A DNA stretch of 36,677 nucleotides from Octopus bimaculoides (taxonomy: Eukaryota), in contig NC_068982.1 in assembly GCF_001194135.2 (NCBI RefSeq), forward strand, positions 162,719,005 to 162,755,681. The letters run 5' to 3'. This document shows positions 1 to 11,345 of the stretch, one piece after another (position 1 is the stretch's first letter; each line of letters begins with the position of its first letter). The notes under the pieces are model-generated. The model did not search any database. It had not been told where the DNA came from and saw only the letters and a program-made list of their open reading frames with translations. The translations under genes were made by a program, and so were the position numbers.

Positions 1-446
1 CATACACATATATATACATATATCACACACACATACATATACACACATATATACATATACACACACACATATACATATATCATATACACACACACATAAT
101 ATACACACAATACATATACACACACACGTGTGTCATATCTCCACACATGTATGTGTCGTATATCCACACACGTGTATGTCATATATCCACACACGTGTGT
201 CATATCCACACACGTGTGTCATATCCACACATGTGTGTATCATATCTCTACACATGCGTAGGTCATATCTCCACACACGTGTAGGTCATATCTCCACACA
301 CGTGTAGGTCATATCTCCACACACGTGTGTATCATATTTCCACACATGCGTATATCATATCTCCACACACGTGTATGTCATCTCCACACACGTGTATATC
401 ACATATCCACATGTATATACACATGTATATTATATTTATATATTTC

Positions 447-479
<33 letters not shown>

Positions 480-545
480 CTATTTATATATATACTTAAG
501 TTGTGCGCATGTATCTGGATGTGTGTGCATATATCCATACACACA
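1..545. repeat. CA/TA microsatellite plus degenerate ~23-25 bp minisatellite (catatctccacacacgtgtaggt-like)
   Basis: Direct reading. The minisatellite units are clearest at about 130-420 and are flanked by (CA)/(TA) low-complexity sequence. Confidence 0.9.
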
Positions 546-638
546 CACATTCAGAAACAATGTTAATTTATACAAATATGAGTCAGCTTCAAATTCAAAA
601 CAGTTTAGTCCATTGTAAAAAGTAACCATGATATTAAG

Positions 639-770
639 TTAACCAAAGATGGCACCACAATTGGGACATCTCCGTTGTCGCATGGCTAAACAGCAAAGAA
701 TTCCTACTGGGAAAAATAACAGAGCACACAACACTCCGAGACATGTGAAATCATCTTCAAGAATGCCAAC
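639..770 (-). CDS. BRI3: BRI3 homologue, last coding exon: [43 protein letters not shown]
   Basis: Polypyrimidine tract and cag acceptor (AG at 772-771), phase 0, TAA at 641-639. The translation closely matches the BRI3 C-terminus as recalled (VGVLED...FPFGFICC...RKRRCPNCG). Confidence 0.95.
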   Translation of the reverse strand, partial: VGILEDDFTCLGVLCALLFFPVGILCCLAMRQRRCPNCGAIFG

Positions 771-929
771 CTGAAAAAGAAAAAAAAATAATATAAATAA
801 AACACTACATAACTAGAATTTGATAGAAGATAGCAAACAGTTTGAATTAACAGAGAATTGAAGTAGATAAACAATTGCTAATGTAGTTGGATTAATAAAG
901 ATCTTGTTATAAGTATGTGGTAGTGGTGA

Positions 930-1102
930 TGGCAATGACATGGCTGCATGTCTAAGAAGTTTGCTTCTCAACATAATTTTGGAGACAATGTTTTCTACTG
1001 AAGTCCCAGACCAACCAAAGGCTTGTAAGAGAATCTAGTGGATATGAAATGAAAGAAACTGATTACACATGCACACACACACACGTGTGTGTGTGTGTGT
1101 GT
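930..1102 (+). mobile_element. Degraded octopod tRNA-derived SINE with CA/TG tail
   Basis: tggctgcatgtctaagaagtttgcttc...accaaaggcttgtaagagaatc...gaaagaaac, then (CA)/(TG). Resembles the 24060-24350 copy. Confidence 0.6.
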
Positions 1103-1204
1103 GCTTATATTTGTGCTTTGCAAATTGCTCAGCTCTGAGCAGTGACACTGATGTTATTTTCCCTGTAAACTGATTACAAGCAGGTTTTGTGCTTTCAAAA
1201 ATTT

Positions 1205-1350
1205 ATCATCATCGTTTAACATCCATCTTTCATGCTACCATGAGTGGGACAGTTCCACATGACCTGGCCAGGCCAAAGCCTGCACTAGACTTCTGTGGCT
1301 GTTTTGGCAAGATTTTTACAGCTGGATGCCCTTCCCAATACCAGTCACTC
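1205..1350 (-). mobile_element. RTE-3'-end SINE-like copy, degraded
   Basis: (CAT)n tail followed by cgtttaac...cagctggatgcccttcc, which is the reverse complement of the copy at 14553-14742. Confidence 0.8.
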
Positions 1351-1506
1351 GTTGCATAAAATTAATAAAATAGTCTTTTTACAAACATGTATTAAGGGAT
1401 TTAAGGAAAAATAACAAGATGCATCAATCTTGTATGTAGCTTTATACAGTTAGTTAAATGGGTAAGATCTAACTTAAAGTGAAAGAATGAATGAATGAAC
1501 ACTAAC

Positions 1507-1637
1507 CCTGCAAGCTGGACAACCTCCGACTACAACTACTTGTGGAGGAGGCTGAACTGTAACAGTTGTGTGTTGATGTGGGGGATAATAGCTAGGCATT
1601 GGCTGTTGGTTCATAGAACCATAGTTTCCAGTGTAAC
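1507..1637 (-). CDS. BRI3: BRI3 homologue, middle coding exon: (G)YTGNYGSMNQQPMPSYYPPHQHTTVTVQPPPQVVVVGGCPACR
   Basis: Acceptor ttatcttttgcag, donor AGG|gttagt, 131 nt, phase 1 in and phase 0 out. VVVGGCPxCR is the BRI3 family motif, and the exon joins its neighbours in frame. Confidence 0.95.
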
Positions 1638-2080
1638 CTGCAAAAGATAAAGGAATATCAAAAGCTGCTCAAATTTTTTTAAAACTGACAAAAAAATTGT
1701 ACAATTGTTACAATTTGAAACAGAAAAAAATAAGACAGACAAAGTAGTGAAAATAAATTTAATTTTAGTGTCTAGCCATTTATGATACAAAATATTCATC
1801 GGGGGCAGGATAGGCAGTGCCCATAAACTGTGCAGGTTATCACAGACTGGTATCTGTTCATGTTAATATTTACAGTGCTTAGTACAGCAATGATACAGAT
1901 GAAAGGAGCTGAAGGGAACGTCTGCTTCAGATGATTTGGAGCATCATGCATGCATATTGTTTTTTGTTGGGTAAGAGACAGAAAACTCGAAGACCACCCT
2001 GAGCAGTACAAACTGGCCATGCTACCACTCCCATTCCCAACTGAGAAGTCTTTTGTCTTGTAGGCATGCTAGTTCCCTGT

Positions 2081-2239
2081 TAAAAGCACTCCACACACAC
2101 TGTAAAGTAGTTGGCACTAGGAAGGGCATCCAGTAGTAGAAACCAACCACAAGACAATTGGAGCCTGGACAGCTGTTCGGCAGGCCAGCTCCTATCAAAC
2201 CATTCAACCCATACCAGCATGGAAAACAGACATCTGATG
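2081..2239 (+). mobile_element. RTE-3'-end SINE-like copy, degraded
   Basis: ggaagggcatccag...caaaccattcaacccataccagcatggaaa; same family as the LINE 3' ends in this window. Confidence 0.8.
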
Positions 2240-4134
2240 GGGAAACAAGTGGGGAAAACAATAGGAAGAGAGTCAAGCACAATTAGGAAGAGGCATTACA
2301 TAGATACCTTGAAAGGAAGCATAGAAAGCATTGCACAAGAAACAAAGAGGATACAACAGATTAATATCACAATGGAAGTGATGTATTGATAAGTGGAGAT
2401 TTAAGTTGGATGCTTTTAACTTAAATTCATTATCATCCTCATTGTTTTTACTTTAGTTTTTCCTATGCAGTCATAGATTCATTAAGATTTATTGAAGCAA
2501 TATTCTAAAGCTCCTGTTGTCAACCCCTGTCTGTTTATTAAAAAGTATTTTTATTCCATAGGTCTTCACATATTGAAATTACCAAGCCACAGGTAATTTA
2601 CTAAAGATAAACAGATTACCATTATCCACACAATATCAGAGCAAAGACATGTAACGAACATTCACACATGCACAGATATACACATAATTGGCTTCTGTAC
2701 AGTTTCTGTCTGCCAATTCATTCCCACACAGCAATGTCTGCATCTATTATTTAAAGTGATATAGAATGGTGGCCAAATACAATATTGATGAAGGTAAGAC
2801 CAAAAAGATTTTAAATGAATAAAGTAATAAAAGTGAAACAAAACAAAAAAAAGTTTTTCGCAAACATAGAGGGACATTTTACTCTACAAAATCAACATAA
2901 TTTCTAAAATTTCCCCGTCTACTTGAAAGTTAAACTAAAAGCGTTAAGACAGCTAAGTTTAGTCTTCAGCGATATAACTTTAATCTAAATATGCTTCCTG
3001 TAGCAATTCTCCTGAAAAACAGGATCATGTTAACAAAGATACATCACCCTGAAGTTTATAGACTTATTGCAACTAGGATAAGTACTTAAGTATTATGCAA
3101 CAGTGTTGAATTATTTAAACAATGGTTTGTAGAGATATCAGTACAAAGTACACACAGGATAGCTTGTCATATCTGCAGTCAATTGCAAAAATATAAATAT
3201 ATACATAACATCCTTCTCAACTTCAAAACATGTCAGCAAATAGTCTAAACACGCCAAAGCACCAGTGACATACAAGCTACTTGGAAACAATATAACTGAA
3301 AACTTTTTAGAAAGTTCTGTTGCATTTCTTGGCTCAGGAACTTAATTGGGCTAGGAGGGGTGGAGTTAAACAGCTAAAATAATCAGTACTAGAATTTAGC
3401 ATATCTGATGTGAGAAAGAAAATAAATATCTTAGTGACAATTCTATATTCTTCTTATAAATGTGTGCACTATTAAAAAGATATGGATTTTATGTATTAAA
3501 ATAGGTATGAATATAGTGATTTTGAAAGCATGGCAATGTAGTGAAGAATAGGTTAAATACAAAAAATACAAAGATTAAAATTTCATTTTAAAATAATCTT
3601 GATATTTTGACCAAAAAGGCCCCTAGTCATAACTAAAGAGAATGGAAGAGACATTTCAGGGTCATATTCTCAAATTTCTATGATGAGGTTTCACATATCT
3701 ATGGTAACCATTCCGAATATACAAAAACCTCACAAACATAATGCAAAATACAACTGATCATACTATCTACTTTCACACAAGCTAGAATTTATCCTAACAT
3801 ACAGACATGAAACATTGATAATCCAAAATATCTCAAACTTTGTCCTTATTTGTATTTAATCTGTTCTCTTCTCTTCTCAATAACACTGATATGGTTTTTT
3901 TTTTAAATCACTTATTTTTTTTTTAACAACATGCCTCTATATAGATTACTGTTCAAGTTAACTGCTTTTTCATTGCTTAAAGGGTCTCACTCCGGAGGAA
4001 TTCATCAGATGGAATATCAATAAAGAATTACTTTCAATACATTTCAGATATACTGTCTTATAAATGCTTTGCCTGTAGGAAACTTGAAATAATTAAGCTC
4101 TATTCCACCATCCCCATACACACACAATTGATCC

Positions 4135-4462
4135 TTTGATGTTTGAAGGTATTCTTTTACTGGTCATGGTCATTAAACTGCAGTTATGCTGAAACACAGC
4201 CTTCAGGTGTTTTAGTTAACCTATCAACCCCAGTACTTATTTCAGTCTTAATATTTTATTGATACCTTTTTATTAAATTAATAAGTTTGATTTTTTTTTT
4301 TTTGGTTCAAAAGCTGTAACTCAATATACCAGTTTATACAAATATTCACAGCAGCTTCTGCAAGTTTCTATTAAAACTTCACCCATAAGATATGGTCAAT
4401 GAATGCTTTGGGGTCAAATCTGAAACTGATTGCAAAGTGTTCTTAGCCACATAGCCCTGCCT
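4135..4462 (-). mobile_element. Degraded tRNA-SINE
   Basis: tcaaccccagtacttat core and cttagccacatagcc head, as reverse complement. Confidence 0.5.
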
Positions 4463-4955
4463 GTATTTATATTTAAAGACATTCAGTATTGGATCACATT
4501 AAATGATGATCTTCCTGATGAAAGACATATTGAACAATATAGTTCCTGCTAACAAAATATAAATGGAAGGATCATATATGGAATGTCTTTCATCATCACA
4601 ATCTGCTCAATCATAACTCAAACTGACATGGGTACAAGAAACAACTTGTTCTTGCCAAGGACTTGCAACTATTTTTAAAATTATTGAAACACAATGACCA
4701 TCCTCAAAAAAAAAATAAATAAATAAATAAATAAAAAATGTTTTCTGTTATCTCAAATGAGGTAGGAAACACTTATGAAATGTATAATAAATAGTTCAGA
4801 GACAAACATTATGCACGATTTGGAAAGATAGTTTGTAATGGAAAGATAGTAATAGCAAAGTGTTGAATTACTGCAATATCAAATTTAAGGTCTCAAACTT
4901 AACATTTTTACTTATAGGCCTTGTGTGTGTGATGTGCACATATATAAATATATAT

Positions 4956-7855
4956 ATCATCATGCTCTTCTAATGTCTGTTGTCCATGCTGAGGAGCTGC
5001 ACCAGACTCCAGTCTGATTTGGTGTGGCTCCTATGGCTGGATACCCTTCCTAACACCAACCACTTTACAGAGTGTGCTGGGTGCTTTTATGTCGCACCAC
5101 ACAGGTGCTTTTGCATGACACCACCATTAGTGCTTTATACCACCAGAGGGACCAGTCTTTACACTTCTGCCGTGGAGTCATCTTGCCTGAAAGGTTCAGC
5201 ATCCTGAAATTGTTCTTCGGTACTTCATCCCATATCTTCTTGGGTCCCCCACTTCCACATGTTCCATTTACTTTGAGAGATTGGCACTTCTTCATGGAGC
5301 TGTCAGCATCCATCTGTATCATATGACCAAATCAGCACAGTTGTCTCTCTTGCATGCAGCAACCAATTCCTCTTATGCCTAACTTCCCTCTCAAAACACT
5401 AGCACTGTCAAACATGCACATTTACATTACACATCCAGCAGAACATACTAGCCTCATTCTTTTCTAACCTTCACATGTCCTCTGCATTTAGGGCCCACAT
5501 CTCATTACCATGTAGAATTGCTGTTCATATAATGCATCATACAATCTTCCATTCAGTCACAGAGAGAAACCTTTCGTGGCCAACAGAGGTAACAACTCTC
5601 TGAATTTCCTCCACCCTATTCTTATTCTAGCTATCACACTGTTATCCCTGCCCCACTACTTATTTGATCCTCTAGGTAGCAGAAATTACCTACTACCTCT
5701 AATGAGCCAACTGGGCATTTGAGAGAATCAATTTCCCCATGTCTCTAAAGTTTTTATGGATCCTGTGCATCTTCCACATACGAAAATTGTCTTCTCTGAT
5801 AAGCTTCCTATTAATCCACTACACCTCGTGTCCATAGTTTACACTGGGTACACCGTATGGAGTTCCTACTTACAACTTTCCAACAAATCCTACCTGAATG
5901 GAGTGGGGTCCTGTCAGTTTTCTTGCTTGCTAGGACCTTAGTCTTTGCTAAGTTAACTATAAAGCCCTTAAATTCCAGATTTTGCTTTCTCATCTATCTC
6001 TGAGAGCAAGATCATCAGCATATAGTAGTTCCCAAGGGATGCCAGTCTTGAATTCCTGTTATGGCCAGGAGAAGAATAATGAAAAAGAGGGGACTAAGAA
6101 CTGAGACTTGATGAACCCCTACTTGTACATCAAATTCATCACTGTACTTGTTAACACTCACCTTACTGACAGCATCTTTGCACATGGCCTGTATAGCTTT
6201 CACCAGCCACTCATCTATCCCTAACCTCCTCAGAGCCCACCATATCACACAGTGGGGCACTATCGAAGGCTTTATCTAGATCAAATGTCAAGTATAATGG
6301 TTTATTCCTAGCTAAGTACTTCTCTTGCAGTTGCCTATGAAAATAGCATATAAAAGTGCTTTTTCCCCAGATGAAGCTGAACTGCATTTCGTTTATCCTA
6401 ATTCTGTTCCTCATTACTTTGACTATAACTCTCTCTGCAATTTTCATCACCAGGTTCAGGAGTTTGATGCCTCTATAGTTGCTTTTATCTAATGCACCAC
6501 CCTTATTTACCCTTGTAGCAGCTAACAATTATGCTGCTATGCCAGTCACTGGGTATCACACCATCCTGAATGACCTGATTAACATACAGGTGACTAGCCT
6601 GTATCCTACCTCACCAGATATCTCAAGCGTCTCAGGTGCGATTCCAGAGGGACCAGGAGCTTTCCCAGTTTTAAGGTTTTTAGTTGCCTTATCTACCATA
6701 CTGTTGTCCACTAGGATAGCTGGTCCATCTGTTGGATTCACATGATGGAGACTCCCTTTATTCCATCCATTCTCTACATTCAACAGTCTCACATAATAAC
6801 TTTTCAGCACCTCTTTCTTGTCTACATCACTAAGTGCAAGCATACCATTATCCATCTGCACACATTTCTCTCCAACAATATCTGGATTCTCACTGACACA
6901 CTGTCTAGCAATCTAGAACACTTCAAGTCACTGACCTTCATGCTGTAGGACATTGGCAAACCTCTTCTTTTCAGTTTCTACCCTAGCTAGATAGGCCCAA
7001 CATCTATCCTCTCTTTTAGCCTTCTAATAAGATTCTTTGCTACCACCTCTCTTTTCCACTCTTTCCAGACCTGTCTCTCCTCTTTTATGGCCCTGTCCAT
7101 ATCGCTGTTCCACAACCATGTCACCCTTGATCTGGCAGAGGCTTTGCTCCACCCACAAATTTTGTCTGTTGCCCTTTATAGATTGTCCCGTAGGAACATC
7201 CAGTTGTCCTGTATATTTATCTATCGTTACCTCCTTCTCAACATAGGCCTCATTGAGGACATCTCTAAATCTCTACCCGTTTGAAAGATCCTTGAACTTC
7301 CACAGCCTCCTTTTCTATATTGACTTGTGTCTCTGGATCTTTCTGGTCCTAAGCCTGAAGCCACTAACCAGTAGCTTATGTTGAGTTGTACATTCTTCCC
7401 CTGGGAAAGATTGTGCATTTATGAGCATATATCTGCCAGTGTGTCTGGTGAGGATGTAATCAATCTGGTTGGTGTCTCCACTGCCCCCACATATTGATAA
7501 GTGATCAGATAGTTAGGTTTTCTGAAGTTAGTGTTCCCTCTATAGGTGCTTTTATCTAATGCACCACCCTGACCCTTGTAGCAGCTAACAATTATGCTGC
7601 TACGCCAGCCACTGGATATTACACCTTCCTGAATGACCTGATTAACTATGCAGGTGACTAGCCTGTATCCTACCTTACTAGCAGCCTTGTCCCCACCTCA
7701 TTTCTGGAGTCAAAGCTGTAGCCACCATGCACACCCTGAAATCCATCAGAGTGTTTTGCAATATGTCCATTGAAGTCTCCTGCCATGATGAAAATGTTGT
7801 CATCTGTCATTGTCAAGGTAATCCTCAGAAGAGATTTGTAGAAGTGGCCCTTCTG
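4956..7855 (-). mobile_element. RTE-clade LINE, 5'-truncated and pseudogenised (APE endonuclease part, RT, 3' UTR, GAT tail)
   Basis: APE motif MAGDFNGH (about 7770-7795) and NQIDYIL; KAPGPSGI; SNYRGIKLL; VGVHQVSVLSPL; CGSGGPKKIWDEV. Many stops and frameshifts. Confidence 0.92.
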
Positions 7856-7857
7856 AG

Positions 7858-7918
<61 letters not shown>

Positions 7919-7920
7919 TA
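7858..7920. repeat. (CT)n(AT)n compound microsatellite
   Basis: Direct reading. Confidence 0.95.
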
Positions 7921-8366
7921 GCAGTTGTATACTGTCAACTTAATGTGACAGTCAATAAGGGAATCATACTGCTGCTATTTAGCCCTAGGAAGCTGGAACG
8001 CTTCCTGTCGGCCTTGACACATTTCCTGTGTCCTTATATTTGCGAGGGGGAGACAAGCCTAGTCTGGATTCAGGGACATGTTTCTGAGTCATTGCTCGTC
8101 ATCAGCCTGAAGTAGCAAAACCAGCTGGCTGAAGATGTCTGTCAACTTCTTGCAAATATATATATTTCTAGTGAAAACAAATTCACTGATCACAAAAATT
8201 AGAAATAATCTAATTATAAATCTCACAGAGAGAATTAAGCAGCAGTGTTACGATAAAGCAGTTGTATACTGTCAACTTAATGTGACAGTCCCAATAAGAG
8301 AATCATACTGCTGCTATTTAGCCCTAGGAAGCTGGACTGCTTCCTGTCGGCCTTGACACATTTCCT
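7920..8366 (-). mobile_element. Retrozyme-like or Penelope-terminal-repeat-like element: ~337-bp unit, 1.3 copies, ~108-bp terminal direct repeats
   Basis: 7920-8027 is repeated at 8257-8366 with a 2-bp indel and 3 substitutions. The unit contains a hammerhead motif. Confidence 0.75.
8069..8111 (-). ncRNA. Minimal type I hammerhead ribozyme motif
   Basis: The minus strand reads UUCAGG CUGAUGA C GAG caauga CUC A GAAAC au GUC CCUGAA. Stem I is 6 bp, both core boxes are intact, stem II is 3 bp plus a C.A pair, stem III is the palindrome ACAUGU, and the cleavage triplet is GUC. Confidence 0.8.
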
Positions 8367-8374
8367 CCTTTAAT

Positions 8375-10558
8375 GAAGAAGCTCGCCTATGTTCAGTGAC
8401 GCGAAGACCAAAGATTTGAAGTGTTTCAGATTGCAAGACAATGTGGGAGAGAAAGTTGTGATGTCCTAGGAGAGAAATGCTTCTGCATGGATGATGGCAC
8501 ACTTGCATTTAATGATTCAGCAAAGGAAGAGGCTTGGAAATGCCATTATGAAAGACTGGTGAACGTGGAGAATGAATGGGAGGAGAAGAGTCTGCCAAAT
8601 GTTGCTCCAGTTGAGGGACCAGCTATCTGAATCAATAGCACCTTGGCAGATTAAGCAATTAAGGATATGAAGACAGGGAAAGCCCCTGGCCCATCAGGAA
8701 TCACCGCTGAAATGCTTAAAATATCTGGCGGTATGGGCTATGGTCTAGTCACCCATATTGTAAATCAGGTGGCTCACGAAAGAGTCATACCCAATGACTA
8801 GTGTAGCAGCACCATAGTCAACTGCTACAAAGGTAAAGGTGATGCTTTAGATAGAAATAATTACAGAGGTATCAAATTGTTGGATGAGGTGATGAAAGTT
8901 ACGGAGAGGGTCACAGCCTAACTAATTAGGGAGAGAGGTAGTCTAGATGAGATGCAGTTTTTGTGTCAGGGAGAAGCACCACTGATGCTATATTTCTGGT
9001 AAAGCCGCTGCAGGAGAAATGCATAGCCAAAGATAAACCTTTTTACTTGGCTTTTGTTGACTTGGAGAAAGCCTTTGACAGGCTCCCTGGATCCCTTATC
9101 TGGTGGTCAATGAAGAAACTAGGGATAGACGAGTACAGGGACACTACCAGTAAGGTGAGAGTTGACAATGAGTACAGCAAAGAATTCAGGGTACAAGTTG
9201 ATGTTCACAAAGGATTGGTCCTCATTCACCTTTTGTTCATCAGTCCTCTAGGCAATAACAGAGAAATTTAAGACAGGCTGCCCCTGGGAGCTCCTCTATA
9301 CCGATGATCTTGTTCTTATAGTTGAATCACTACCAGAACTAGAAGTTCCAGGTACAGAACCAAGGTCTGGAATCAAAGGGCCTTAGAGTTAACCTAGCAA
9401 AACCCAAAGTCTTAGTAAGTAGGAAGTTAGACAAATCACAAATCCCTTCAAGTAGATGGCCTTGCTCAATATGTAGAAAAGGCATAGGTAGAAACTCCAT
9501 AAGATGTACCTGGTGTAAGCTTTGGCCACATAAGCAGTGCAGCAACATCAGAGGAAGATTAACAACAAAAATGTACAGAAAATACTACCTAGAGGTAGTA
9601 GATAGCTTCTGTTATCTGGGTGATCAAGTTAGTAGCAGAGGTGGATGCTCCGAGAGTGTAGCTGTGAGAATAAGATTAAGCTGGGTGAAGTTCAGAGAGC
9701 TCCTACCTCTGCTGGAAACAAAGGGCCTATCATTCAGAGTGAAAGGTAGATTGTAAAATGCTTGTGTGCGAACAACTATGTTATACACAGCAGTGAAACA
9801 TGGGCTGTGACAGCCAAGGATATGCGTAGGCTTGAAAGAAATGAAACCAGTATGCTTCACTGGATGTGCAATGTCAGTGTGCATGTCTGACAGAGTAAGC
9901 ATCTTGAGAGAAAAGTTGGGCATAAGAGATATCAGATGTGGTATGCAAGAGAGACGACTGCACTGGTATGGTCATGTGACACATATGGAGGACAGCTCTG
10001 TAAAGTGCCAATCTCTAACTGTAGAGGGAACCTGTGGTAGAACTTTGGGCCTCGCAGAGGCAATGACTAGCAACCGAGACCTTTGGCAATATGCTGTGCT
10101 TGAAAAGACTTGTCAAGCCAAGTGAAATTGTAGTTGTGGCTGATGCTGGTGTCACGTAATTGGCACCCGTGCTGGTGGCACATAGGCACCTTTCAAGTGT
10201 TGGGCCTTGTGGAGGTAAAGTGGCCTATGCCAGTAACACGTGAAAAGCTCCTTTCAAGTGTTGGGCCTCATGGAATCAATGACCAAGACCTTTGGCATTA
10301 TGTAGTGCTTGAGAAGAATACTCATCAAGCAAAGTAAAATCAGTCATGGCAGGTACTGATGTTATACAAATGGCACCTGTGCTGGTAGCACGTAAAAGCG
10401 CCCATTACACTTGGATTGGTTGGCATCAGGAAGGGCATCCAGCCCTAGAACCCGTGCCAAATCAGACTGAGGTCTGGTGCAGCCATCCAGGTTGCCAGCC
10501 CTGGTCAAACCATTCAACCCTTGCCAGCATGGACAATGGACACTAAAAAATGATGATG
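8375..10558 (+). mobile_element. RTE-clade LINE, 5'-truncated, pseudogenised RT with 3' UTR and GAT tail
   Basis: KAPGPSGI, NYRGIKLL, STTDAIFLV, FVDLEKAFD, LYTDDLV, RLHWYGHV, EKTCQAK*, followed by the shared SINE-like 3' end. Confidence 0.92.
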
Positions 10559-10560
10559 AA

Positions 10561-11345
10561 TCTAACAGTATAGTTTCAAAGCCAGACATAGGAAAGTTAC
10601 CATGATTCAGGTCTATGCACCAAATGATGCTGCAGGAGGTAATAAGCAAGATAAGTTATATGATCACCTCCAGGAGGTACATAATGAAATACCAAGTTAC
10701 AACTTCAAGCTTGTCGTTAGCAATTTTAATGAACAAGTGGATTCTAACAGGCAGGATATGCTGAGCATGGTAAAACTTCATGGCAATGTGAATGAAACCA
10801 GCAACAATGGAGAAAGTATGTTGCTGACTGGCACTGCAGGACTGTATGGAGAATACCTTCTTTCAATACAAGTAAGAAGATAAAGCTGCAACTTTTATTA
10901 TTCTATTGTTGTACCAACAGCTGTCTTCACCTGTGAAACATGGAAGACAGTGAAGATTCTCAATTGCTGGCTATGTTCCATTGATCCTGCCTATGTTCAA
11001 TGCTGGATATCTCTTACCGGAAAAGAGTGAGAAACAAAGAGGTGACCACAAAAGCTGACATTGGAAGTTTGTGGGATGTGGTGACTAAGTGACAGTTTAC
11101 TGGTTATGTCCGTTGATTACTGCAGGAGAGAATGCGACTGTCATGATGGAATGTACACTGGAAGGAAGAAAGAGGTCGAGTAGAAGACCAAAGAAGACAT
11201 GGCACAGTATGTCCCAAGATGACATGATAGCAATGGGAGTTGGCCCGAGTGGAGTAAAGTGGTAAGTGATCAATCAGGATGTTTGGAGAAGACTCATTGC
11301 CCCTTGTGTCGATAGCACTAGAATATCTGAGAGCTAAGAAACTGA
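10561..11345 (+). mobile_element. Second RTE subfamily (RTE-1/BovB-like), internally deleted: APE fragment fused to C-terminal region
   Basis: IQVYAP and a decayed GDFN-like motif, then at about 10895 a jump to VVPTAVFTCETWK and a ...EGRKRGRV-like C-terminus. Confidence 0.7.

Noticed and set aside
325-618. 97-aa and 79-aa ORFs
   Set aside because: Translations of low-complexity CA/TA repeats.
3960-4012. Second hammerhead-like string on the minus strand (CTGATGA ATTC..GAGT GAGAC)
   Set aside because: It has GAGA instead of GAAA, no NUH triplet and no stem I complement.
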